DNA of 64,000 bases. Origin: Ranitomeya imitator (taxonomy: Eukaryota). Positions 1-12,526 of this stretch are shown in pieces. The stretch's first letter is position 1. Each line of letters opens with the position of its first letter. Where the stretch lies: positions 94,240,001 through 94,304,000 of the forward strand of contig NC_091284.1 of the NCBI RefSeq assembly GCF_032444005.1. Reading direction: 5' to 3'. A program made the position numbers and the translations under genes. The notes under the pieces are model-generated. The model was not told where the DNA came from. It ran no database searches and was given only the letters and a program-made list of their open reading frames with translations.

Positions 1-2057
1 ATCACCGTGAGTTTGTTCCTGTTTTGTGCACATGCCAGGGCCTAGTGTAGACTTCAATAGTCAGAACACAGCAGCTGTGTGGCCTGCTTAGTAAAGGCCA
101 GGGAAGTTATACGTAGAGTAGAATCATTCTTTGTTTGTTGTTTGCATTTACTTGTGTAACATATATTGAGTCTAACAGTTGGAGCACCGTGCTATTTTAT
201 GGACAAGCTAAAGAATATAACTCTTGTAAATTATCTTTCGTCATTGCACACCCTTGTTTGCATCTTCCTCATCCACTTCATTCCTTGCCTTCCAATAAAT
301 CTACCCTTTGTTGTTTGCACCTCAACTTGTGTACAGTAGTCTTCCTGCGCCGTGGTGGTCCCCCGGCCATCGCTTCATCAGCAGACAATAACTTCACTTG
401 ACGTCGTTGTCAGCTGTAATTAATGCTCAAGGACACATGACAGGTTATTGAGACATTGACAGTTTTGTTGGTGTATACTCACCACTGTGGTTGGGGCTTT
501 TGTTTCAATAAACTGTTGGAGATGAGGACCATTGCATGCTTGTACGTAAATGCATTGTGCTACTGTTAAAATAAGATATCACTGTAGGATGAACTTGTGT
601 TTCACCCGAAAGCCAATTATCCCTAACTTTTTGTGAGTAGCATGACTACTAAAATAAGGGGTCTGGCTCATTCATCGCCATAGCAGGTAACTTGTGTTCC
701 CGTTTCAATAGAACGGCAGTCCAACATGACCACTGCGGATCCATTCACTCAGTACTGGACCCCTGCCATACCCATATGGATGGAATGAAGCAGCAGCACA
801 CGAGAACCAGCTGCTGCATTCAAGGTTTTTCTCTACAGACTATTAGATTGCTTTTTTTTTTTGTTTTTTTGTTTGCAAAGCTGCATTCACAGGCTTTGCT
901 ACCACATGCCACATCAGCCATCTGCAGGGGGTAAATAAATGACCAAAATTGCAGGTAACACCACACCATTACTGCACACTCTATGGCAGTCAGCAATCCC
1001 AGCCTTCGAGCCTACCCACAGGGTCATAAGCTGTCCAGTAGGCAATGCTCCCCTTTCGTTCTGCTGATTTGTGGGTGGAATATCATTACGTTAATGACAA
1101 TGTCCTAAAGGCATATCATCAGGACGGAGTATAAAAAAAACCCCGGAAAACCGGTTTAACGGCCGTGTAAGTGCATATCTCGGGTTGCCGTCTATACTGA
1201 CAGATAAGAGGACAGGAGTAATAAATCCATCTATAATGTGTCATAAACCACACAACACTACAACAATACAGACAACCCGTGACCTCGGTCACGGATCTAT
1301 TTACCCTAGAGGGTGTGCGCGGATCCGCTCACCCCCACGCGCCCAATACAAACAGACCCCAACCGGTATGCAAAGAGGCATGTTACGTGCCCAAAGAGCG
1401 GCAGGTGTGCAGACAACCTGCCCGGAACGTCACCACAAGCCTACACACCGGGATTACAGGGACAGCTGCAAGGAACCTGCCCAAGCATCAGAGGCAGAGC
1501 CTACTTATCATACAGGTGCTGCAAACACATCTGTTCCCAAAACAAGCAGCACTCCATGTTCCCGCAGGAGCTGTCCAGGAGGAGCACAGAGGAACTGTGT
1601 GCCAAAAAACACAAGACACGCCGTTAGTTGCTCAGAATATGCAAGCCACTTGTGTTTTGTTTTTAAATTCGTTTATTAACCACAAAATAAAATTGTACAA
1701 TATACACATTTATATTCGTTATTGTGAATACAATACAATGTACAGTACACATATTTGTATGCATTATTAGATACGGAGGAAGATGCGTACTCTTATTTAT
1801 GTCCAAAATAATACTTGTAATCTATAAAGTCTTATAAAAAAAGGACAACCAATTGTGCATATCAGATCCTTTACCCCATTCATATAAACTATATAAATAG
1901 AAACATGAAACCATGAATATACAAAGTTCCTAAACTACAACCATGATAACTACTATTTCGCCGCTTAATACCTTACATTATACTTTTCTCTGTGCAATGC
2001 CTCCAAAAGAAAAAAAAAAAACGTTCTTATATAAAAACGGTTTAGTCTCACTATGGA

Positions 2058-2096
2058 CTCACCATGATTAAGATGTCAGTCGAAACGCGTCAGAGG
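2058..2096 (+). ncRNA. Degenerate minimal type I hammerhead-like motif, A3-U8 variant (Penelope-type)
   Basis: ATGATTA-a-GAT(GTCA)GTC-GAAA-CGCG-TC. Palindromic stem III ACGCGT and GUC site; stem I is poorly paired. Confidence 0.45.
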
Positions 2097-2199
2097 AACG
2101 CTGCCATATGTGCACAATGCTGTAAGAAATTATAACTTATTTACAAGTGGTGTACCATAGGACATAACTTTTTCCTTTTTTAAAAAAAAATGAAGAAAT

Positions 2200-5100
2200 A
2201 AATTCACTGATTTTATTACATTCCTGCTGGATTCATCGATTTTTCTGTGGACATAATTATTAGGCATCCATTTACATATCGATCTAGCCTGTCCTGCCAG
2301 ATAGTACAAGAGAGAATCTGGTAACGCCGCACCACCCCCCTGTTTAGGTCTCTGTAGAACAGACAACTTAAGTTTAGGCCTAGCTTTCCCCCATATAAAA
2401 GACGTGATTTGAGAGTTCAAATTTGTGAAAAAGGACTTGGGCATTAATACTGCACTGTGTTGAAGGCAATAGCTGAGCTTAGGGAGCAATATCATTTTAA
2501 TTAGATTAATGCGACCGGCAACAGACAGTGGGAGTTTACTCCAAATTGTGAATTTAGATTTGACGAAGTCTAGCAGTGGGTAAACATTAAGTTGTAGGTC
2601 AGATTCACTCTATTGAGACATGTAGATACCTAAATATTTAAAATTAGATACAATAGGTAATAAGGATAGGGCTTCAAGGCGAAGCATTGGGGTATGAGAG
2701 AGGGGCAACAGGGCAGATTTATCCCAGTTTATATATAGGCCAGAGTATTTACTAAATTTGTCTATAGTGGCAATTACCTGTGATAATGTTTCCTCTGCCC
2801 GGTCCATAAATATCACCATGTCATCAGCATATAGACCAATGGTGTCCATACGGCCTGCTATATCAATACCTCTAATATTAGAGGAAGATCTTATGGGTAT
2901 TGCCAACGCCTCTATTGCAAGAGCGAAAAGAGTCTGGGAAAGGGGGCACCCCTGAGGTTCCCCCTATATAATGAAAAGGACTCGGAAATTGAATTATTTA
3001 CAATTATACGAGCTTTAGGTTTCATGTATCAACCCACTTTATAAATTTATAACCAAAACCATACCTTTGCAAACACGCAGACAAAAAGGGCCACTCAAGA
3101 GAATCAAAGGCCTTGGCCGCATCCAGCGACGCCAATGCCCAGCTATTGTTCCGCACCAAAGAACTATATTGGATTATCGACTGAACTCGTCTAATATTAA
3201 TAGAAGTACTCTTACCGGGCATAAAGCCAGTCTGGTCTGGATGTATAAGGTCCAGTATAACCGAATTCAATCTGATGGCCAATACTTTAGTAAAGAGTTT
3301 GTAGTCTACATTTACCAATGATATGGGGCGATAAGATCCGTAGTCCAAAGGGTCCTTCCCCTCCCTAAGCACAATATTTGCCTCATAAAAAGGATTCGGG
3401 CATAGCTCCTCCCTCCCAAATCCCCCGAAACACCTTCAGTAGAAGTGGCGCTAGTATGTCCCGGTATTTCCTATATAACTCAATGGGAAACCCATCCGGC
3501 CCAGGAGCCTTCCCAGAGGCCATGCCCGCCATAGCATACTCTATCTCCTCCAAGGTAAATTCAGTATCCAGGAGGTCCGCTGGGCAGGGCTCAATGCGGG
3601 GAACGTTATATCTGATAGTCTAGGCATTCTAAAATACTAAAAAAAAAAAAAACCGCTCTTAGACTTCTATAACGATTTACAGTAGTCACAAAAACAATTA
3701 AGTATTTCTTCAGTAGAGGTTACCAATGCGCCACCTGGTGCATGAATCTGTAGTATTGTATTAGATGTATTATGTTGGCACACCAGAAAGGCCAAAAATT
3801 TACTAGCTTCATTTCCCAGGTCAAAATAGGACTGACAAGTGAAGAATAATTTACATTTAGATTTGGTGTCTATATGTTGAGCATATAACCTTTGAGAAGC
3901 TAGCCATTCTATTGCCATTAGTCTGGCTAGATATATACGCAGCCTCTGAAGCTTTCAATCGTCGTTCCATCTCATCATCTTCCTTCGAGGTCACCCTTTT
4001 AATATAAGAAATTGTAGAAGATAGACAAGCCCCTTAAATAAGCCTTGAGGGTATCCCATAATACATTGATATTCTGAGGTTCTGGGTGGGACGAGATGAA
4101 GCAATCCAACTGGTCAATCGTTCTATCATCAGAATCTAATAATTGCAGCCAGAAAGGGTTTAACTTCCAGACCATACTATTTTTTGATTGCCCATAATTA
4201 AGTTTAAGTACAACCGGGCTATGATCTGAGACCCCCTATTGCTATGCTTTATACTATCCACCCACATTGCCAATCCACCAGATCCGAATATATAATCTAT
4301 ACGGGACAGAGAGCACGTAGTGGACGAGTGGCAAGTGTATCCTTTTATCCCAGGGTGACGCATCCTCCACAAATCCAACCATCCACTACCCTCCATAAAT
4401 AATGCCAACTGGGATGGAGCTAAAGAGGGGGGCTCCCGGACACCTCATCACCCAATCTCAATCTATCAAGGCAATTATCCATGACTAAATTAAAATCTTC
4501 TATACATATGACATTCGCATCTGGATAATTTAGGGCAAAACTCATTGCCATCCGAAGAACTGATGTATTAGCCGGGGAGGATTATAAACACATATTATAA
4601 CGTATTCACGAGAGTTAATTAGTGCATGTACAAAGACAAAACGACCCTCGGGATCTCTCCGAGCCTCCCTGGCCTCCCACCTAACATTTCTATGTATCAA
4701 TAATGAAACCCCCCTCGAATAGCTAGTATGCAACGCGTGGATGTACCATTGTACCCATGGTTTTTGTATACATCGAGCCGTATCCCGGGTCAAATGAGTC
4801 TCCACCAAGGCCACAATATGGGGGTGGTGACGCCTAATTTGTGAGAAAACCTTAAAGGGAACCTGTCACCCCCGTTTTTTCAGATTGAGATAAAAATACT
4901 GTTAAATAGGGCCTGCGCTGTGTGTTACAATATTGTATGTAGTGTACCCTGATTCCCCACCTATGCTGCGAAATACATTACCAAAGTCGCCGTTTTCGCC
5001 TGTCAATCAGGCTGGTCAGGTCGGGTGGGCGTGGTCACAGCGCTGTTTCTTCCTCAGCTTTACGTTGGTGGCGTAGTGGTGTGCGCATGTTGAAGTGACG

Positions 5101-5768
5101 AATCCACTGCGCGCACGTGAAGAAGCAGCGCGCGATCTGCGCTATTACCCCCTGTCATCGGTGGGGGCGGCCATCTTCCCGGGGCCGCGCGTGCACAGAT
5201 GGAGTGCTCTGCTGCACGGGGCTTCAGGAAAATGGCCGCGGGATGCCGCGAGTGTGCAGAAGAGATCGCGGCGGCCATTTGCATCTCGGCTTTGGGAAAA
5301 TGGCCGCCGCGATCTCTTCTGCGCACGCGCGGCATCCCGCGGCCATTTTCCTGAAGCCCCGTGCAGCAGAGCACTCCATCTGCGCACGCGCGGCCCCAGG
5401 AAGATGGCCGCCCCCACCGATGACAGGGGGTAATAGCGCAGATCGCGCGCTGCTTCTTCACGTGCGCGCAGTGGATTCGTCACTTCAACATGCGCACACC
5501 ACTACGCCACCAACGTAAAGCTGAGGAAGAAATAGCGCTGTGCCCACGCCCACACGACCTGACCAGCCTGATTGACAGGCGAAAACGGCGACTTTGGTAA
5601 TGTATTTCGCAGCATAGGTGGGGAATCAGGGTACACTACATACACTATTGTAACGCACAGCGCAGGCCCTATTTAACAGTATTTTTATCTCAATCTGAAA
5701 AAACGGGGTGACAGGTTCCCTTTAATCTTTTCCCAGGGAGACTTAATACCCCATACATTCCAGGTCAT
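2200..5768 (-). pseudogene. L1 ORF2 (apurinic endonuclease + reverse transcriptase), frameshifted and split by a MITE
   Basis: ATG at 5768 reads MTWNVWGIKSPWEKI and continues in frame as KVFSQIRRHHPHIVALVETHL once 4856-5721 and one TTAA are removed. ORF fragments 4542-4814, 4160-4408, 3022-3372, 2610-2906 and 2130-2495 carry EN/RT motifs. Confidence 0.92.
4856..5721. mobile_element. Kolobok/T2-type palindromic MITE
   Basis: TTAA at 4852-4855 and 5722-5725. Termini AGGGAACCTGTCA...TGACAGGTTCCCT. Near-perfect fold-back over the whole length (mirror ORFs on both strands in the track). Confidence 0.92.
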
Positions 5769-6080
5769 ACATATTATCTCAGATCCCATCCTCACTTATC
5801 AAGATATGGTATACATTATTACTCAGACAAGGTTCAGAGAGATCACACACAGAATGAAAATACCGTCGTCGGCGACTTCTACATAAATAACAAAACTAAT
5901 ATAAGAGAAAAAACAGAGCAAAAAACAAACAGTATAGGAGTAAAGTCCTGTGCTCCTATTATCAAGAGAATAAGGGGATACCCCCGCTGGATTCAGCGTC
6001 CGGTATTGTTGGCAAACTGGACGCCCACAAAGAGAGCTCCACTTGTATGAGTGTTCGAGTTTTCCTTAATTGTGAATATG

Positions 6081-6991
6081 TTAGGATTCCTTCGCACTAG
6101 ATCCCTTATGGGACCGTAGCCATTCAGCTGCCTCTGCTGGATCCATGAAGAATATGGAAGAACCCTCGTGAACAATTCGGAGTCCAGCTGGATAAATCAT
6201 CGAATATATGACATTCTTGTCTCTGAGCTGCTTCTTGATTTCCATAAACCGCGCCCGTTGTTTCTGAAGTTCCATAGAAAAATCGAAATTGTAGCATTGT
6301 TGAACTTGATAGGACCTTTTTGCCGTGCCAGACGTAGAATAGCATCTCTGTCCCTGCAATTAAGAATACGTGCCAGAAAAGGTCTAGGTGGGGCCCCAGA
6401 GGAAAAGGTTTTGTAGGGGACTCTATGAGCCCTTTCCACGGTGAATGTTGAAGAGAATTCATCCCCCAGAGAAGTCTTCAGCCAGCCTTCCAAAAAATGC
6501 TCAGGCTGCTGACCCTCAGAGCGCTCCGGCAGGCCAATAATTCTGATGTTATTCCGGCGTAGTCTATTCTCTAAATCGTCTGCTTTTTGTTTCCAAGCGT
6601 TGATAGAGCCAGCCACTTTTGTCAACTTTGTCTCCATGGGCGTAATGGTGTCTTCTACATGAGACGCTCTTGTTTCCATCTCTGTAATACACCCTCTCAT
6701 GGTCACCATATCCTGCCAAAGACGCCCCACTTCATTATATACATCCTCTATCTTTTCGGTGAGGGATGTTCTAGTTAAGAATATAGCCTGCATTACTTGT
6801 TCAGACACCTGTTTAAGAGTCAGTTTTTCCTGTTCGCTTCCCTCATTACTATCAGAGAGGCGATTTTTGCGCTGAGCTTGTGAGGGATTATTCCTGAGGG
6901 ACCATGCACTATCAGAGGGATCAACTCTGGCAAACTCCTTTAATTTGTCGGCGGCTCCTGACCCCTTAGAGAGATGCATGACTGACAGCAA
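6081..6991 (-). pseudogene. L1 ORF1p (coiled coil-RRM-CTD) with one frameshift near the C-terminus
   Basis: DDLENRLRRNNIRIIGLPE, VERAHRV, PRPFLARILNCRDRDAILRLAR in 6197-6991. C-terminal FSMELQKQRARF...YSMIYPAGLRI...FFMDPAEAAEWL in the 6081-6359 frame. Confidence 0.93.
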
Positions 6992-9900
6992 TGTGGCACA
7001 GCAAGATAACTGAAATTATATTTATAAAAGTTCCAGATTCCAGGCTACAGACACAGCTGGGCTACTGTAAAAGTCTTTATATCATGAAACAACTCCAAAT
7101 AGACGAAATGCTTGTAATGATAGATATAAGAACTCTGGGTTCCCGCCAGAATCCTGTGCACCAGGAAGATCCCACAGCGCCCACCGTGGCAGCAGCGAAG
7201 GGGGAGGGGGTTCCCGGGGACACTCCAAAGTAATGGCGCTGACGGTTCAAGTGTCTTATGTATAGGGGAGCGCTGGGACCAATTTTCCAGGGCACACACC
7301 GCACGTCCCCTCCGTATTCCCAGGATATGTGCTCACCTCCCGAGCAGCGCTGCAGTAATGGTGAGTAGCGTCGCGTCTCCTCCTGATAGAGCGCACGCTG
7401 TATAAAATGGTCGCCGTCCCACACATGAATCACCACCTGTTTAGGGCCCTCGGGCTCCCGGTGTATCAGTAGTTCACAGCACCTACCCGCAGGCGCCGGT
7501 AATCTCCTGAGATCCAATGGGGTTCTGTCATCGGCAGAGGCTGGCGCCGCGCGTCCCCATATGAAAGCACGATTTATAAAATGGCCACCACCTCACATGG
7601 ATTTCGCCGCCCGTCCAGGCCTCTTTAGTTCCCAGCGCTCCTGATCTCCACCGCGCCCCTCCACAGGAGCCGAAAGCCTTCCAGGGTCCAGAGGTCCCTA
7701 TATGAGCAGTTATATTGCACTAAAAGGGGGTCTTAAGTGCAGGATAAGGTCAGGATTCCAGGAGCTCTCTCAAGACACGTCCTCTCTCCTCTGCTATATA
7801 GCCACGCCCCCTTTGTGGTTTTTTTTTTACATTTTTAACAGCAACTATACATTGTACATTTCACCTTTTACATTGCACCTTTATCTGCAGCATAAATTTA
7901 CATTTTGTGGATCTCAAACCAGTGGCTCTTGCCAATTTGCGCTGCAGAAATTTTTCACTGCTGCTTCAGGAGAGATCCACGGCCTTGATTGTTACTGGAA
8001 AACTAAGCAGCATTTCACTACATCCGAGTACAGACTGTAGTGTACGGACCGGCTGTCTCCGGACCTGAACGCGACAGCCTCATAGGCACATAGGAGACCT
8101 GCGGCTGGTCCATGCACAGTGTTCCCATACTACTAACACCATGATACTCGGATATCTGAATTTGGCCTTGGGGTCCACTCATGCTATGCAGTCTGATAAA
8201 AAACAACTTTTCAAAAACTGTGGCATTTTCCACATGGTGCTGTCATACAACATGACAGCAGGTGTGAACATACCCTAGGGGGGACATAGCAGTCACACCT
8301 TAGGTTTATTTATTTTGAATTTCATTTAGAATCTTCTAAAAACGTCATTAATGGAATAACTTAACCAACCAATTGTTTACAGCCGGATTTTCCCAATTCC
8401 AGGATGGACTGATGTTTTCCCTGCACACCGCTTGCTACATTAGTGCCAGGTCCCCCATCCTTGGAGATATGGATTGTGTGGATGACATTATCTTCCAGAG
8501 AGCAACATGACCATATAAACAGTCTGAGTAAATTGTTGTGACAGGTTCCCTTTAATTGCATATATGCTGTACCTTCATTAGGAAGGAGAGCCTAAATATC
8601 CTACATTTCTGCCACAAATCAGCATGGATTTATAATTCTGGGGTATTTTGAAAACACCTTTTTGCTAGAAAAACTACAGTTTTCTCCAAAAACCTGATTT
8701 GCTCCAGAATAATTACATTACTTTGTGCTAAATAATATTCGATGTATATTCAGACTGCGCAGTTGTGCCATGGCTGCCGAATGATGGCAACGTGTGGAAA
8801 AACCGTGCAGAAACAGCTATAGCATGACGACAGGGTCTGACTATACAGTTACACAAATTACTCTGTGGCTTACTTGAAAGTTATGTTTTTTTGGGTTTTT
8901 TGTATGGCTGTATTTATTTAAAAAAAAAAAAAATTAAATAAAAAATTGTGCAAAACCTAGGCCACTCCTCTTAATGAATTCAGGGGAATCCAACGCCGAG
9001 GGCCCCTTCATTAAAGGGGTTGTTCAGCCTTAGATTGCTCTTACTGCAGACCTGTGACTCCTCAGAGGAAGCGCAGTGTGCGGATTCTCCAGTGCTGTAA
9101 GAATGTGATTTGCGTACTTGTAGTGACCTAGTGACTAAATGTGCGCGGCCTCGTGTATTACAAGGGTATTAAGCAAGGCCAGACGCGTCTGGTCGGAACG
9201 TGACCATCAGAGAATCTTCACCGTCTCCAAAATGTCTTCATGTGGTGCTCTGTTTAGATATTCATTATGAAGACTGCTAACAGATCACCGATCCCTTAGT
9301 GACCCGCCCCCTAGTTTGCATAACGAATATACTAATGTGTGTATTTGAAAAAAATGTGTCACTTCATCAAAATGGCGGCGTCTGCGCACTATCACTTGAC
9401 AGTTAGTGCCCATTATACAGTTAGGTCCATATATATTTGGACAGAGACAACTATTTTCTAAGTTTGGTTATAGACATTACCACAATGAATTTTAAACAAA
9501 ACAATTCAGATGCAGTTGAAGTTCAGACTTTCAGCTTTCATTTCAGGGTATCCACATTAAAATTGGATGAAGGGTTTAGGAGTTTCAGCTCCTTAACCCC
9601 TTCATGATCCAGCCTATTTTGACCTTAATGACCTGGCCATTTTTTGCAATTCTGACCACTGTCCCTTTATGAGATAACTCAGGAACGCTTCAACGAATCC
9701 TAGCGGTTCGGAGACTGTTTTTTCGTGACATACTGGGCTTCATGTTCGTGGTAAATTTAGGTCAATAAATTCTGCGTTTATTTGTGATAAAAACGGAAAT
9801 TTGGCGAAAATTTCGCAATTTTCACATTTTGAATTTTTATTCTGTTAAACCAGAGAGTTATGTGACACAAAATAATTAATAAATAACATTTCCCACATGT

Positions 9901-10079
9901 CTACTTTACATCAGCACAATTTTGGAACCCAAATTTTTTTTTTGCTAGGAAGTTATAGGGGTTAAAATTTGACCACCGATTTCTCATTTTTACAACGAAA
10001 TTTACAAAACCATATTTTTTTTAGGGACCACCTCACATTTGAAGTCAGTTTGAGGGGTCTATATGGCTGAAAATACCCA

Positions 10080-11640
10080 AAAGTGACACCATTCTAAAAA
10101 CTGCACCCCTCAAGGTGCACAAAACCACATTCAAGAAGTTTATTAACCCTTCAGGTGCTTCACTGCAGAAGAAACATGGAAAGAAAAAATGAACATTTAA
10201 CTTTTTAGTCACAAAAATGATCTTTTAGCAACAATTTTTTTATTTTCCCAATGGTAAAAGGAAAAACTAAACCACGAACGTTGTTGTCCAATTTGTCCTG
10301 AGTACGCCGAAACCTCATATGTGGGGGTAAACCACTGTTTGGGCGCACGGCAGGGCTTGGAAGGGAAGGAGCGCCATTTGACTTTTTGAATTAAAAATTG
10401 GCTCCACTCTTTAGCGGACACCATGTCACGTTTGGAGAGCCCCCGTGTGCCTAAACATTGGAGCTCCCCCACAAGTGACCCCATTTTGGAAACTAGACCC
10501 CCCAAGGAACTTATCTAGATGCATATTGAGCACTTTAAACCCCCAGGTGCTTCACATTAGTTTATAATGCAGAGCCATGAAAATAAAAAATAATTTTTCT
10601 TTCCTCAAAAATGATTTTTTAGCCTGGCATTTCCTATTTTGCCAAGGGTAATAGGAGAAATTGGACGACAAATGTTGTTGTCCAGTTTGTCCTGAGTACG
10701 CGGATACCCCATATGTGGGGGTAAACCACTGTTTGGGCGCACGGCAGGGCTCGGAAGGCACGCCATTTGGCTTTTTAAATGGAAAATTAGCTCCAATCAT
10801 TAGCGGACACCATGTCGCGTTTGGAGAGCCCCTGTGTGCCTAAACATTGGAGATCGCCCACAAATGACCCCATTTTGGAAACTAGACCCCCAAAGGAACT
10901 AATCTAGATGTGTGGTGAGCACTTTGAACCCCCAAGTGCTTCACAGAAGTTTATAACGCAGAGCCATGAAAATTAAAAAAAAAATTTCTTTTCTCAAAAA
11001 TGATTTTTTAGCCGGCAATTTTTTATTTTCCCAAGAGTAACAGGAGAAATTTGACCCCAAAAGTTGTTGTCCAGTTTCTCCTGAGTATGCTGATACCCCA
11101 TATGTGGGGGTATACCACTGTTTGGGCACATGCCGGGGCTCGGAAGTGAAGTAGTGACGTTTTGAAATGCAGACTCTGATGGAATGCTCTGCGGGCGTCA
11201 CGTTGCGTTTGCAGAGCCCTTGATGTGGATAAACAGTAGAAACCCCCCACAAGTGACCCCATTTTGGAAACTAGACCCCGAAAGGAACTTATCTAGATAT
11301 GTGGTGAGCATTTTGAACCCCCGAGTGCTTCACAGACGTTTACAACGCAGAGCAGTGAAAATAAAAAATCATTTTTCTTTCCTCAAAAATGATGTTTTAG
11401 CAAGCAATTTTTTATTTTCACAAGGGTAACATGAGAAATTGGACCCCAGTAATTGTTGCGCAGTTTGTCCTGAGTATGCTGGTACCCCATATGTGGGGGT
11501 AAACCACTGTTTGGGCACATGTCGGGGCTCGGAAGTGAGGGATCACCATTTGACTTTTTGAATACAAGTTTGGCTGGAATCAATGGTGGCGCCATGTTGC
11601 GTTTGGAGACCCCTGATGTGCCTAAACAGTGGAAACCCCT
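10080..11640. repeat. ~390-bp subterminal tandem repeat, about 4 copies
   Basis: Anchor GACCCCATTTTGGAAACTAGACCCC recurs at ~10476, ~10866 and ~11254; related units at ~17640-18400. Confidence 0.85.
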
Positions 11641-11826
11641 CAATTCTAACTCCAACACTAACCCCAACACACCCCTAACTCTAATCCCAACTGTAGCCAT
11701 AACCCTAATCACAACCCTAACCCCAACACACCCCTAACCCTAATCCCAACTGTAGCCATAACCCTAATCACAACCCCAACCCCAACACACCCCTAACCAC
11801 AACCCTAATTCCAACCCTAACCCTAA
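11640..11826 (+). repeat. Degenerate telomere-like (CCCTAA)n tract inside the transposon
   Basis: CCCTAACCCTAATCCC/AACCCTAACCC units; also at 12521-12545, 53853-53890 and 63420-63460. Confidence 0.75.
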
Positions 11827-12173
11827 GGCTATGTGCCCACGTTGTGGATTTGTGTGAGATTTTTTAGCACCATTTTTGGAAAATCCGCGGGTAAAAAGGC
11901 ACTGCGTTTTACCTGCGGATTTACCGCAGATTTCCAGTGTTTTTTGTGCGGATTTCACCTGCGGATTCCTATTGAGGAACAGGTGTAAAACGCTGCGGAA
12001 TCCGCACAAAGAATTGACATGCTGCGGAAAATACAATGCAGCGTTTCCGCGCGGTATTTTCCGCACCATGGGCACAGCGGATTTCGTTTTCCATATATTT
12101 ACATGGTACTGTAAACCTGATGGAACACTGCTGCGAATCTGCAGCGGCCAATCCGCACCGTGTGCACATAGCC
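11827..12173. mobile_element. PIF/Harbinger-type MITE
   Basis: TAA TSD (11824-26, 12174-76); TIR GGCTATGTGC(C/A)CACG. Confidence 0.85.
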
Positions 12174-12182
12174 TAATTCTAA

Positions 12183-12526
12183 AGGTATGTGCACACGCTG
12201 CGGAAAATCCTGTGGATCCGCAGCAGTTTTCCATGAGTTTACATTTCAATGTAAACCTATGGGAAACAAAAATCGCTGTACACATGCTGCAGAAAAACTG
12301 CACGGAAACGCAGCGGTTTACATTCCGCAGCATGTCACTTCTTTCTGCGGATTCCGCAGCGGTTTTACAACTACTCCAATAGAAAATCGCAGTTGTAAAA
12401 CCGCAGTGAAATGCACAGAAAAACCGCAGTAAATCCGCAATAAATCCGCAGCGGTTTAGCACTGCGGATTTATCAAATCCGCTGCGGAAACATCCGCAGA
12501 GGACCAGAATACGTGTGCACATACCC
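12183..12526. mobile_element. PIF/Harbinger-type MITE
   Basis: TAA TSD (12180-82, 12527-29); TIR (A/G)GGTATGTGCACACG. Confidence 0.85.

Larger units (their letters stand above)
2130..7811 (-). mobile_element. L1-clade LINE, 5' end intact, ORF2 degenerate and 3' truncated or interrupted
   Basis: Minus-strand start GGGGGCGTGGCT at 7811, ~800 bp leader, then ORF1, then ORF2 with APE and RT motifs (RPISLVNVDYKLFTKVLA, DQTGFMPGK, SLDAAKAFDSLEW, LYADDMVIF, FKYLGI, FIWGKARPKL). Confidence 0.93.

Noticed and set aside
1-1100. Possible LTR or other element at the window start
   Set aside because: No termini, TSD or coding motif that I can support
1030-1125. Minus-strand CCTGATGA followed distantly by CGAAA
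   Set aside because: No stem I/II/III pairing could be built
5060-5518. Mirror-image 133-aa and 112-aa ORFs on both strands
   Set aside because: Artefact of a GC-rich palindromic MITE
11640-11826. True telomere or chromosome-fusion scar
   Set aside because: Short, degenerate, single orientation and repeated at the same position in several TE copies
11764-12522. 252-aa and 168-aa ORFs
   Set aside because: They span two MITEs and a telomere-like tract and contain no domain motifs
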